A stretch of DNA of 16,780 nucleotides, taken from NCBI GenBank assembly GCA_048938025.1, contig JBHLMP010000065.1, positions 1-16,780 on the forward strand. Reading direction: 5' to 3'. Both the position numbers and the translations under genes were made by a program. This stretch comes from Promethearchaeota archaeon. Lineage in GTDB: Archaea > Asgardarchaeota > Lokiarchaeia > Sigyniarchaeales > SOKP01. This document shows, piece after piece, positions 8,706 through 16,339 of this stretch. Below the pieces are notes generated by a model that saw nothing but the letters and a program-made list of their open reading frames with translations, did not search any database and was not told the origin of the DNA. How positions within the stretch are numbered: position 1 is the first letter of the stretch; each line of letters opens with the position of its first letter.

Positions 8706-9995
8706 TTGGCACAGAAAAATATTTATGAATATGATGCTAAAAAGCTTTTAGCAGAACAATTACCTAGATATTTTCCTCAGTTTAATTATCATAATAAACT
8801 AGCAATAATAGATAATGATACGGATTTAGATAAATTAGTTGAGGAAAATCCTTGGATTAAAACAGATAAAGTAGTTGTTAAACCTGATCAACTCTTTGGG
8901 AAGAGAGGTAAAGCAAAATTAATTTTACTAGATGCTGATCTTAACCAAGTAAAAAAATTTTGTAAAGATAATTTAAATAAAGAGTTTATAATCGGAAGTG
9001 TAAAAGGAGAACTAAACCGTTTACTTGTAGAACCATTTGTTCCCCATGAAAAAGAATATTATGTTTCTATTACTTCTGACAGAGATAATGATATTATCCA
9101 TTTTAGTTTTGAAGGGGGTATTTTTATCGAGGAAAATTGGGATAAGGTCACTCATATTAAAATTCCAATAGGGACAGATATAAAAACTTTTGATTTAGAG
9201 AATAAATTACCTAATTTAGGTGATTTAAAGTCATTATTAATTTCATTTATAAAAGGATTATATCAAGTCTACGCAGATCAAGACTTTACATTTCTTGAAA
9301 TAAACCCATTTGCAATTACTAAAGATAAAAAAATTGTTCCATTAGATGTAAAAGCTCGATTAGATGATACTGCAGCATTCCTGCATGCTGACACCTGGGG
9401 TAATCCAAAGAATCCAATTGAATTCCCAGCTGGGTTTGGTCAAAAAATGAGTTCTGAAGAAAATAAAATCAAACAACTTGATGAAAAAACAGGGGCTTCA
9501 CTTAAATTGACTATTTTAAATCGAGAAGGTCGTGTATGGACTATGGTGGCTGGTGGTGGAGCAAGTGTTATCTATACTGATACGATTGCAGATCTTGGTT
9601 TTTCTGAAGAATTAGGTAATTATGGAGAATATTCAGGAAATCCTTCACAAGAACATACTGAAATTTATGCTCAAACTTTAATTGATATTATTACTGAAAA
9701 ACCAGATCCAAAAGGAAGGGAAAAATATTTAATTATTGGAGGAGGAATTGCGAATTTTACAGATGTTAAAGCAACTTTTGGAGGCATTGTTAGTGCTATA
9801 AAGAAATCTGTTGACAAATTGAAAAAAGCAAATGTAAAAATCTTAGTTCGGAGAGGAGGTCCTAACGAAAAGCAGGGATTGGAGTTAATGAGACGAGTTG
9901 GAGAAGAAACTGGGATACCTGTTGATATTTATGATCGATATAGTAGTATGACGCGTCCTGTATCGCGAATGATTGAAAAAATGAGAGGTGAATAA
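8706..9995 (+). CDS. aclB: ATP citrate lyase subunit with ATP-grasp and citrate-binding domains (equivalent to the N-terminal half of animal ACLY)
   Basis: VVKPDQLFGKRGK, FLEINPF, ARLDDTA, GASLKLTILN, GRVWTMVAGGGASVIYTDTI, NYGEYSG, and the citrate-binding motifs GGGIANFT and VRRGGPN. TTG start. Confidence 0.95.
   Translation: MAQKNIYEYDAKKLLAEQLPRYFPQFNYHNKLAIIDNDTDLDKLVEENPWIKTDKVVVKPDQLFGKRGKAKLILLDADLNQVKKFCKDNLNKEFIIGSVKGELNRLLVEPFVPHEKEYYVSITSDRDNDIIHFSFEGGIFIEENWDKVTHIKIPIGTDIKTFDLENKLPNLGDLKSLLISFIKGLYQVYADQDFTFLEINPFAITKDKKIVPLDVKARLDDTAAFLHADTWGNPKNPIEFPAGFGQKMSSEENKIKQLDEKTGASLKLTILNREGRVWTMVAGGGASVIYTDTIADLGFSEELGNYGEYSGNPSQEHTEIYAQTLIDIITEKPDPKGREKYLIIGGGIANFTDVKATFGGIVSAIKKSVDKLKKANVKILVRRGGPNEKQGLELMRRVGEETGIPVDIYDRYSSMTRPVSRMIEKMRGE
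9986..9992 (+). promoter_or_regulatory. Shine-Dalgarno-like site for aclA inside the aclB 3' end
   Basis: AGGTGAA (part of GAGGTGA) just upstream of the ATG at 9999. Confidence 0.6.
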
Positions 9996-9998
9996 TAA

Positions 9999-11834
9999 AT
10001 GGAAAATTATGAGTTATTTAATGAGGATACACAAGCGATTATTTATGGACTTCAAGCCGCTCCTGTACAAAGAATGCTGGATTTTGATTATGTATGTAGA
10101 CGAAAAAGACCTTCTGTTGCAGCTATGATTCAACCTACACAAGAAGCAGCTGTAGCTTACCACAAAGCATTCTGGGGCAGTAAAGAAGTAGTTATTCCTG
10201 TATATAAAACATTTAATATGGCAATTAAAAAGCATCCTAATGCTGATGTAATGATCAATTTTTCCTCATTTCGTTCCTCGTATGAAACCAGTAAAGAAGC
10301 ACTTGAATCAAATACTATTCGAATTGTTGCAATAATTGCAGAAGGTGTACCAGAAAGACAAAGTCAATTATTAAATAAAATTGCTAGAGAAAAAAGTAAA
10401 GTTATTATTGGTCCTGCTACTGTAGGTGGAATCAAGGCTGGAGCATTTAAAATTGGCAATACTGCTGGAACTCTAGAAAACATCATTTTATCAAAGTTAT
10501 ATCGTCCTGGTTCTGTTGGGTTTGTGTCCAAATCTGGTGGTTTAAGTAATGAAATGAATTTTATGATTGCTGAAACTACGGATGGTGTTTATGAATCTAT
10601 TGCAATTGGGGGAGATCGATATCCTGGTTCCCAATTAATTGACCATCTGTTACGTTATGAAACAAATCCGAAAATCAAAATGCTCGTTTGTTTAGGAGAA
10701 ATTGGTGGAACAGAAGAATACGAAATCGTTGATGCTTTGAAAAGTGGAAAGATTAAAAAACCACTTGTTATATGGGTTACCGGTACAGCAGCTAAAATTT
10801 TACCCCAAGGTTTACAATTCGGCCATGCTGGTGCTATGGCTGGCTCTGCAAAAGAGACTGCAGAAGCTAAAAATCAAGCTCTTAAGGAAGCAGGAGCACT
10901 TGTTCCTGAATCCTATGAAGATTTTGATAAATTGATTAAAAAAACTTATGAAAAACTACTACAAGAAGGAAAAATAAAACCTGGTAAAGAAGAGGAACCT
11001 CCTAAGATTCCTACTGATTTCAACGAAGCTATAAGATTAGGTTTAGTTAGAAGACCATCTGATGTTGTCGTGACTATTAGCGATGACAGAGGAGATGTTC
11101 CAACCTTTGCGGGAATTGGACTTGATGAAATTATTAGAGAGAATAAATCAATAGGGTATGTTATAGGACTTTTATGGTTTAAACGTGAATTACCAAGCTT
11201 TGCCCAACAATTTATAGAAATAGTAATTAAATTAACAGCAGATCATGGTCCTGCCGTGAGTGGAGCGCATAATGCTATAATAACTGCACGAGCTGGGAAA
11301 GATCTCATGTCTGCTCTTGCTAGTGGCATTTTAACCATTGGACCGCGATTTGGGGGTGCAATATCTGATGCAGCAAAATATGTAAGGGAAGCTTTGCAAA
11401 AGAAAATGACGCCACCAGAGTTCGTTAAATATATGAAGGATGTTGTAAAAAGTAATATTCCCGGTATTGGTCATAGAATTAAATCAGTTCAAAATCCAGA
11501 TGTAAGAGTTCAATTACTTAAAGAATTTGTTTTTAATAACTTTGAAAAGCATCCACACCTTGATTTTACACTAGAAGTAGAGAAACTTACCACCGCTAAA
11601 AGAAATAACTTAATTTTAAACGTAGATGGATGTATTGGTATAACATTCTTGGATTTACTTGAAAATCTGGATTTTACACCAGAAGAAATTGAGGATGTAA
11701 TTTACAGTGAAGCTTTAAATGGTTTATTTGTCCTTGGACGCTCAATAGGAATGATGGGGCATGTTTTTGATCAAAAACGCCAACGAGCTGGTTTATATAG
11801 ACAACCATGGGATGAGATACTCTTTTCTAGTTAA
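9999..11834 (+). CDS. aclA: ATP citrate lyase subunit with CoA-binding, phospho-His and citryl-CoA lyase domains
   Basis: IIAEGVPE, IIGPATVGG, LYRPGSVG, SKSGGLSNE, IGGDRYPG and the phospho-His motif QFGHAGA. Citrate-synthase-like domain motifs ADHGPAVSGAHN, IGPRFGGA, IPGIGHRIKS and LNVDG. Confidence 0.96.
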   Translation: MENYELFNEDTQAIIYGLQAAPVQRMLDFDYVCRRKRPSVAAMIQPTQEAAVAYHKAFWGSKEVVIPVYKTFNMAIKKHPNADVMINFSSFRSSYETSKEALESNTIRIVAIIAEGVPERQSQLLNKIAREKSKVIIGPATVGGIKAGAFKIGNTAGTLENIILSKLYRPGSVGFVSKSGGLSNEMNFMIAETTDGVYESIAIGGDRYPGSQLIDHLLRYETNPKIKMLVCLGEIGGTEEYEIVDALKSGKIKKPLVIWVTGTAAKILPQGLQFGHAGAMAGSAKETAEAKNQALKEAGALVPESYEDFDKLIKKTYEKLLQEGKIKPGKEEEPPKIPTDFNEAIRLGLVRRPSDVVVTISDDRGDVPTFAGIGLDEIIRENKSIGYVIGLLWFKRELPSFAQQFIEIVIKLTADHGPAVSGAHNAIITARAGKDLMSALASGILTIGPRFGGAISDAAKYVREALQKKMTPPEFVKYMKDVVKSNIPGIGHRIKSVQNPDVRVQLLKEFVFNNFEKHPHLDFTLEVEKLTTAKRNNLILNVDGCIGITFLDLLENLDFTPEEIEDVIYSEALNGLFVLGRSIGMMGHVFDQKRQRAGLYRQPWDEILFSS

Positions 11835-11952
11835 CGCAATATAAGTAATTATTAAATTTTTTATAAGACTTTAAATAAAATAATGAATTTTAAAAAAAGC
11901 TAACAACTTAAAATAAAATTAAATTAAAAAAAGCAATTTGAAGGAATAAAAA

Positions 11953-13161
11953 ATGGAAGAAATCATTCAAAAAGCAAAGGAGCACTTTGAAAAACTTATA
12001 AAAGAACAATTGAATAGAATTGATAATTTGAAAGCAGGTGCTGATTGGGTAGATTATTCAACATTAAAACCAATTATTATTGGTGTTGCTGGTGGAGATG
12101 GAATTGGTCCTGAAATCACTAGACATGCTGTAACAATCCTAAAATTTCTTTTAAAGGATAGGATTCAGAATGGAAAGGTTGAATTTAGAGATATTGAAGG
12201 ACTCACTATTGAAAACAGAGCAAAACTAATGAAGGCTATTCCTGACGATGTTTTAGAACAATTGAAGAAATGCCATGTTATTTTAAAAGGTCCTACTCAC
12301 ACTCCAAGTTCAGCTGATTTGGCTTCTGGGAAATGGCCAAATCTCGAAAGTGCGAATGTATCTATGAGAAGGGAGCTAGATTTATTCGCAAATGTTCGTC
12401 CTGTAAAAGTTCCTGAACAAGGAATTGATTGGATATTTTTCAGAGAGAACACTGAAGGAGCTTATGTATTAGGTTCGAAAGGAATTCGAGTTACTGATGA
12501 CTTAGCATTTGATTTTTGCGTACACACTAAACAGGGAACAGATCGCATCTTAAGATTAGCTTTTGATTATGCGAAAAAGACAGGAGTTAATAGAGTTTCA
12601 TTAGTGACTAAAGCTAATGTAGTTAAAACTACAGACGGAATGTATTTAAATATGGCAAAAGAACTTGCTAAAAATGAATATCCGGAAATTAAATTTGATG
12701 ATTGGTACATTGATATAATGGCTGCAAAATTAATTGACGCAGAAAGACAATCAGAGTTTAAAGTATTTGTAGCACCGAATCTTTATGGAGATATTATCAC
12801 TGATGAAGCTGCTCAGATTCAGGGTTCAGTAGGTACTGCAGGTAGTGCTAATATTGGGAAAAGGTATGCAATGTTTGAAGCAATTCATGGTACTGCTCCA
12901 AGAATGGTTGAAACTGGAAGAACTAAATTTGCAGATCCTACAAGTATAATAAAGGCTTCAGCAATGCTTCTTAATCATATTGGTTTTGTAGAAAAAGCTA
13001 AGAAACTTGAAATGGCTTTGGATATATGTGCCATTTATGAAAAGGAAATTAAAGTGACTGGCAGAGATACAGGAGCTACTGGAGAACAATTCGCAAAATA
13101 TATTATGGAGACGCTGCAAGATCCTAATCTTGAGGATAGATGGAATAATTTTCAGAAATAA
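11953..13161 (+). CDS. icd: Isocitrate dehydrogenase (beta-decarboxylating dehydrogenase family), probably NADP-preferring
   Basis: GDGIGPEI, LKGPTHTP, ESANVSMRRELDLFANVRP (isocitrate-binding S-x-N and Arg residues), RENTEGAY, KANVVK, NLYGDIITD and FEAIHGTAPR. Directly downstream of aclBA, with a GAAGGA RBS-like site at 11940-11945. Homoisocitrate dehydrogenase activity cannot be excluded from motifs alone. Confidence 0.8.
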   Translation: MEEIIQKAKEHFEKLIKEQLNRIDNLKAGADWVDYSTLKPIIIGVAGGDGIGPEITRHAVTILKFLLKDRIQNGKVEFRDIEGLTIENRAKLMKAIPDDVLEQLKKCHVILKGPTHTPSSADLASGKWPNLESANVSMRRELDLFANVRPVKVPEQGIDWIFFRENTEGAYVLGSKGIRVTDDLAFDFCVHTKQGTDRILRLAFDYAKKTGVNRVSLVTKANVVKTTDGMYLNMAKELAKNEYPEIKFDDWYIDIMAAKLIDAERQSEFKVFVAPNLYGDIITDEAAQIQGSVGTAGSANIGKRYAMFEAIHGTAPRMVETGRTKFADPTSIIKASAMLLNHIGFVEKAKKLEMALDICAIYEKEIKVTGRDTGATGEQFAKYIMETLQDPNLEDRWNNFQK

Positions 13162-13197
13162 GAGATTAATTATTGTTTATATATTTGCTTAATAAAA

Positions 13198-13224
13198 TTT
13201 TTTTTAAATTTCTTCTTTCTCTTT
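13198..13224 (+). terminator. Putative T-rich terminator after icd
   Basis: T8 run followed by a pyrimidine tract, about 37 nt after the stop codon. Confidence 0.4.
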
Positions 13225-13400
13225 ATATTATTTAAAAGAAATAGACATGTGATAATCAGATATAAGCGTTAATATTAAGAAAAACCTTATTCGAAATATT
13301 TAAATTTCCAGATCTAATCAAAATTATTTCAATGTTAGAAAAAATATCCTCTAAAGTGTTTATCCCCTTATGTATGTATTCTTATCAATACAAAAATGTA

Positions 13401-13718
13401 TTAATAATCATATTCATTAATAATTTCGTAATGCTGTGAGAATTTATCGTGTTTTAAAAGAACTTCTCGTGCAATTTGAGGAACATAGGATTTTTCATAC
13501 TCATCCCCTGCAAATTCTTTTACAGCATTCATGTTATCGAATATCATTATTGTAACAAATTCAACTTCATTTTCTAATTTTCGTCTTAAAAGACTTATTT
13601 TTCTATATCCTTTTATGTTTCTATTTTCAATGGATGGAAAAATTTCATTTCTAAGTAAGTCTTCATAGGTATTAGCATTCTTAAATGAGGTCCAACCATG
13701 CCAGATTCTTGCTATCAT
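13401..13718 (-). CDS. Antibiotic-biosynthesis-monooxygenase-like (dimeric alpha+beta barrel) small protein, intact copy
   Basis: MIARIWHGWT...EVEFVTIMIFD...FAGDEYEKSYVP...HYE pattern of a widespread ABM-annotated family. ATG 13718 matches the paralog's start, so it is preferred over TTG 13730. Confidence 0.7.
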   Translation of the reverse strand: MIARIWHGWTSFKNANTYEDLLRNEIFPSIENRNIKGYRKISLLRRKLENEVEFVTIMIFDNMNAVKEFAGDEYEKSYVPQIAREVLLKHDKFSQHYEIINEYDY

Positions 13719-13824
13719 TTCTTGGTTCAATTTAATAATTAAATTTTAATAAGAATATGTCTAAAAACATGCTTTAAAAATATTAAACCTTTTTTTTCCC
13801 ATCTAATTTTTATGCTCAAATTTA
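13483..13824. repeat. Diverged direct repeat, copy 1 (ABM gene 5' part plus upstream region)
   Basis: Aligns by eye with 15957-16274, including the non-coding AATATGTCT..CTTTAAAAATATTAAA..TCTAATTT..CTCAAATTTA. Confidence 0.9.
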
Positions 13825-13827
13825 ATA

Positions 13828-13836
13828 GTAGGTTAT
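13828..13836. repeat. 9-bp direct repeat GTAGGTTAT, left junction
   Basis: Identical to 15945-15953. Both copies lie within a few nt of the ends of the long repeats. Confidence 0.6.
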
Positions 13837-13961
13837 TGCTCCCTTTATAGAATTAATAATTTTAAAAATAAGTCCCAAATTAATTATGATGATTGGAATT
13901 GCTGTCTATTATCTTAAACTTAAAAGAAAATATAGGAAATAATTTAGTAAAAAAAATTAAT

Positions 13962-15803
13962 TTAAAATCCCGATTTTTGCTGAAACCGGAATTTTTTAAT
14001 GATTATTATAGCAGCAACACTAAGAATTATGAATAATAAGTAATAGTGTCCAAGTGGAATAGCTTTTTCTGAAGGATGAGCTTTTATTAAAACAATTACA
14101 GCATCAGGAATTCCGTATTGATTCAATTCATCATAATATTCAATCCTATAACTAAAGAATCCTAATTCTGTTCGATTAAGGGGAATATCTAAAGGAATAT
14201 TATGATCCCACGAAGTCCAATCTAACCAAACATAGGTATTACCAGCTGTATCATTAGCTATAACACGATATTTTCCGCCAGTAGTATCATCAAATAAAAT
14301 CCAATTTATTATTTCTGAACCATCGCTATATGTTTCAAAATCTTCTGGATGATTTGAATAGGGTATATCATCTACACGTGAAGCATAAATATCTACCGAA
14401 GTACCCCTATCATCATCCCATGTAATAATTGCTCCCCCAAGGTCATCACTACAAAGTTGGGGCGCAAACAATGTGCTAGTTAAATTACATATTGCCCTGC
14501 CATTCAAACCCCATTTCATAGATCCATTAGCCTGAATTTTCTGGGCATAAGCATCTCTATTATTATTTCTATCATCATACCATACTATAATCGCCCCTCC
14601 TTCTCCATCACTACAAATTTGATGTCCTCCTTGCTCTCGACCTGCATCACATATAGTTCTATCATAAGTCCAATGTGATGTTCCTGACGAGTTCACTCTC
14701 TGAGCAAAGATATTATAATATTGAGGTCCTCCTCCTGGTTGATCTATCCAGGCGATAATTGCCCCCCCAGCTCCATCACTACAAAGTTGAGGATCTGCAT
14801 GATCAGCATAAGTTATAATACTATCTACTTTAATACCATCAGGATCCCATAGCCCAGTTGCATTAGAATTAATTTTTTGTGCGTAGATGTTAGCATCTCC
14901 ATTCCTATAATCCTCCCATGTGATAATAGTGTCTCCATATCCAGCATTACAAAGTTGAGGATTAGTTTGTCCACTAGCCTCTGCACAAATTGCCGAACCA
15001 TTCGCATCCCATTGTATTATTCCACTAGCATTAATCTTCTGAGCATAAATGTCGCCACTAGCCCATGTGATAATCGCTCCTCCTTCATCATCTCTCATTA
15101 TTTGGTTGTATCTATTATTACCTACTCTTGTACATATTGCTGTCCCATTAGCTATCCATTGTATATCTCCTGTTGCATTAATTCTTTGGGCATAAATATT
15201 ACAATCTACCCCATTTCTTTCATCGTCCCATGATATAATTCCCCCTCCCATTCCGTCACTGCAAACTTTAGGTCTTAGTTGATTTCCAGTTGTTGTACAT
15301 ACTGCTGTACCATTGGGAGCCCATTGAGTGATTCCATCTGCATTCACTTTCTGAGCATAAATATTATATTCTGTCCCAACTAGATATTCTCTCCAAACAA
15401 TTATAGCACCACCAAATCCATCACTGCATATATCAATATCTCTAACGATAGTTCCATCTAATATACTTATCATTGTTCCATTTGGTGCCCATAAAAGGTT
15501 TCCATTTGCATCAATTCGCTGTGCATAAAGATCTTCCTTCAAATTCCTAAGATCCCACCATACTATGATCGCCCCTCCTTCTCCATCACTACAAATTTGA
15601 GGAGAAGATTGAGAAAGTTCATAATCGCAAACTAGAGTCCCGTTAGGCACCCATTCTGTTTCTGCAGATAACTTGGGTAAATTAAATATTGATATTGGTC
15701 TTTCTTCTTGACTATTTTTAATCATAAGATTAAATGTGATTGGAAAAATTGTAAGAATCAAAATTGATATCAATATTGTAAATTTTAATTTTTCAGATTT
15801 CAT
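13962..15803 (-). CDS. Secreted, C-terminally anchored repeat protein (8 x ~55-aa repeats, probable beta-propeller, plus a probable Ig-like domain)
   Basis: N-terminal basic and hydrophobic segment. Eight repeats of WxxNGxxIC...PQICSDGxGGAIIxWxDxR..xIYAQ(R/K)I. Thirteen N-x-S/T sequons. C-terminal IPLGHYYLLFIILSVAAIIIIKKFR anchor. Confidence 0.85.
   Translation of the reverse strand: MKSEKLKFTILISILILTIFPITFNLMIKNSQEERPISIFNLPKLSAETEWVPNGTLVCDYELSQSSPQICSDGEGGAIIVWWDLRNLKEDLYAQRIDANGNLLWAPNGTMISILDGTIVRDIDICSDGFGGAIIVWREYLVGTEYNIYAQKVNADGITQWAPNGTAVCTTTGNQLRPKVCSDGMGGGIISWDDERNGVDCNIYAQRINATGDIQWIANGTAICTRVGNNRYNQIMRDDEGGAIITWASGDIYAQKINASGIIQWDANGSAICAEASGQTNPQLCNAGYGDTIITWEDYRNGDANIYAQKINSNATGLWDPDGIKVDSIITYADHADPQLCSDGAGGAIIAWIDQPGGGPQYYNIFAQRVNSSGTSHWTYDRTICDAGREQGGHQICSDGEGGAIIVWYDDRNNNRDAYAQKIQANGSMKWGLNGRAICNLTSTLFAPQLCSDDLGGAIITWDDDRGTSVDIYASRVDDIPYSNHPEDFETYSDGSEIINWILFDDTTGGKYRVIANDTAGNTYVWLDWTSWDHNIPLDIPLNRTELGFFSYRIEYYDELNQYGIPDAVIVLIKAHPSEKAIPLGHYYLLFIILSVAAIIIIKKFRFQQKSGF
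14579..14622. repeat. 44-nt near-perfect intragenic repeat (partner at 15557-15600)
   Basis: 43 of 44 nt identical; encodes QICSDGEGGAIIVW in repeats 7 and 1. Confidence 0.9.
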
Positions 15804-15944
15804 TTTTTCTCATAGAATTTTTTAAATAATTTTATGAATAATTATTAATAATCTAATTGTATTATTAAATTCTTATTACCAAAAATGTAAAAAGCTGGAA
15901 TATTTTTCGAAATGCTCTATTTAATAGAGTTGAAATCTATATTC

Positions 15945-15953
15945 GTAGGTTAT
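15945..15953. repeat. 9-bp direct repeat GTAGGTTAT, right junction
   Basis: Identical to 13828-13836 and coincides with the truncation point of the ABM pseudogene. Confidence 0.6.
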
Positions 15954-16193
15954 CATACATAAGATTTCTTATACTCTTCTCCTGCAAATTTTTTTTATAG
16001 CACTCAAGTTATCAAATATCATTATTGTAATAAATTCAACTTCGTTTTGCAAGGAACGCTTTAAAAGACTTATTTTTTGATATCCTATTATATTTCTATT
16101 TTCAATGGATGGAAAAATTTCGTTTATCAGCAAGTTTTCATAAATATTCGCATTTTCAAATGAAGTCCAACCATGCCAGATTCTTGCTATCAT
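15953..16193 (-). pseudogene. Frameshifted and 3'-truncated paralog of the ABM-like gene at 13401-13718
   Basis: 54 of the first 68 aa are identical to the intact copy. An A8 run (T8 at 15989-15996) replaces a 7-nt stretch. Removing one A restores KFAGEEYKKSYV, which then hits TGA (15955-15953) and lacks the last ~26 codons. Confidence 0.85.
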
Positions 16194-16274
16194 TTTTTTC
16201 TATTAATATGTCTGAAAATCTACTTTAAAAATATTAAAGCTATTTTTTTTTCTAATTTGTAATACTCAAATTTA
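15957..16274. repeat. Diverged direct repeat, copy 2
   Basis: Homologous to 13483-13824 in both coding and upstream sequence. A conserved TTTTTAAAG TATA-like box lies on the minus strand at ~16223-16231 (copy 1: ~13772-13780). Confidence 0.9.
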
Positions 16275-16339
16275 TTGGTGGTGACTTGAATACCCTTAGC
16301 ATCTAATAAGCTATATCTACTAGGATAATAATACTCTTT

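Noticed and set aside
10014-10935. ORFs 10014-10235 (-) and 10744-10935 (+)
   Set aside because: Nested inside aclA; shadow ORFs.
8706-11834. Alternative annotation as succinyl-CoA synthetase or citrate synthase
   Set aside because: The citrate-binding motifs GGGIANFT and RRGGPN, and a citryl-CoA lyase domain fused to the phospho-His subunit, are diagnostic of ATP citrate lyase.
450-13161. Claim of autotrophic reverse TCA carbon fixation
   Set aside because: Ferredoxin-dependent carboxylases, fumarate reductase and succinyl-CoA synthetase are not in the window, so ACL alone does not establish autotrophy.
14825-15233. ORFs 14825-15007 (-) and 14877-15233 (+)
   Set aside because: Alternative-frame or antisense products of the repeat gene.
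14400-15660. Periodic DNA repeats considered as a CRISPR array or a DGR template/variable repeat pair
   Set aside because: The ~150-180-nt period and degeneracy follow the protein repeats within one open frame. There is no cas or reverse transcriptase gene, and the only mismatch in the 44-nt pair is a single synonymous change.
13837-15944. IS element or transposon call for the cassette
   Set aside because: No transposase or integrase and no convincing terminal inverted repeats. Reported only as a possible insertion.
15953-15955. TGA as a selenocysteine or readthrough codon in the ABM paralog
   Set aside because: It is followed immediately by TAA, aligns to Pro in the intact copy, and clear homology stops there.
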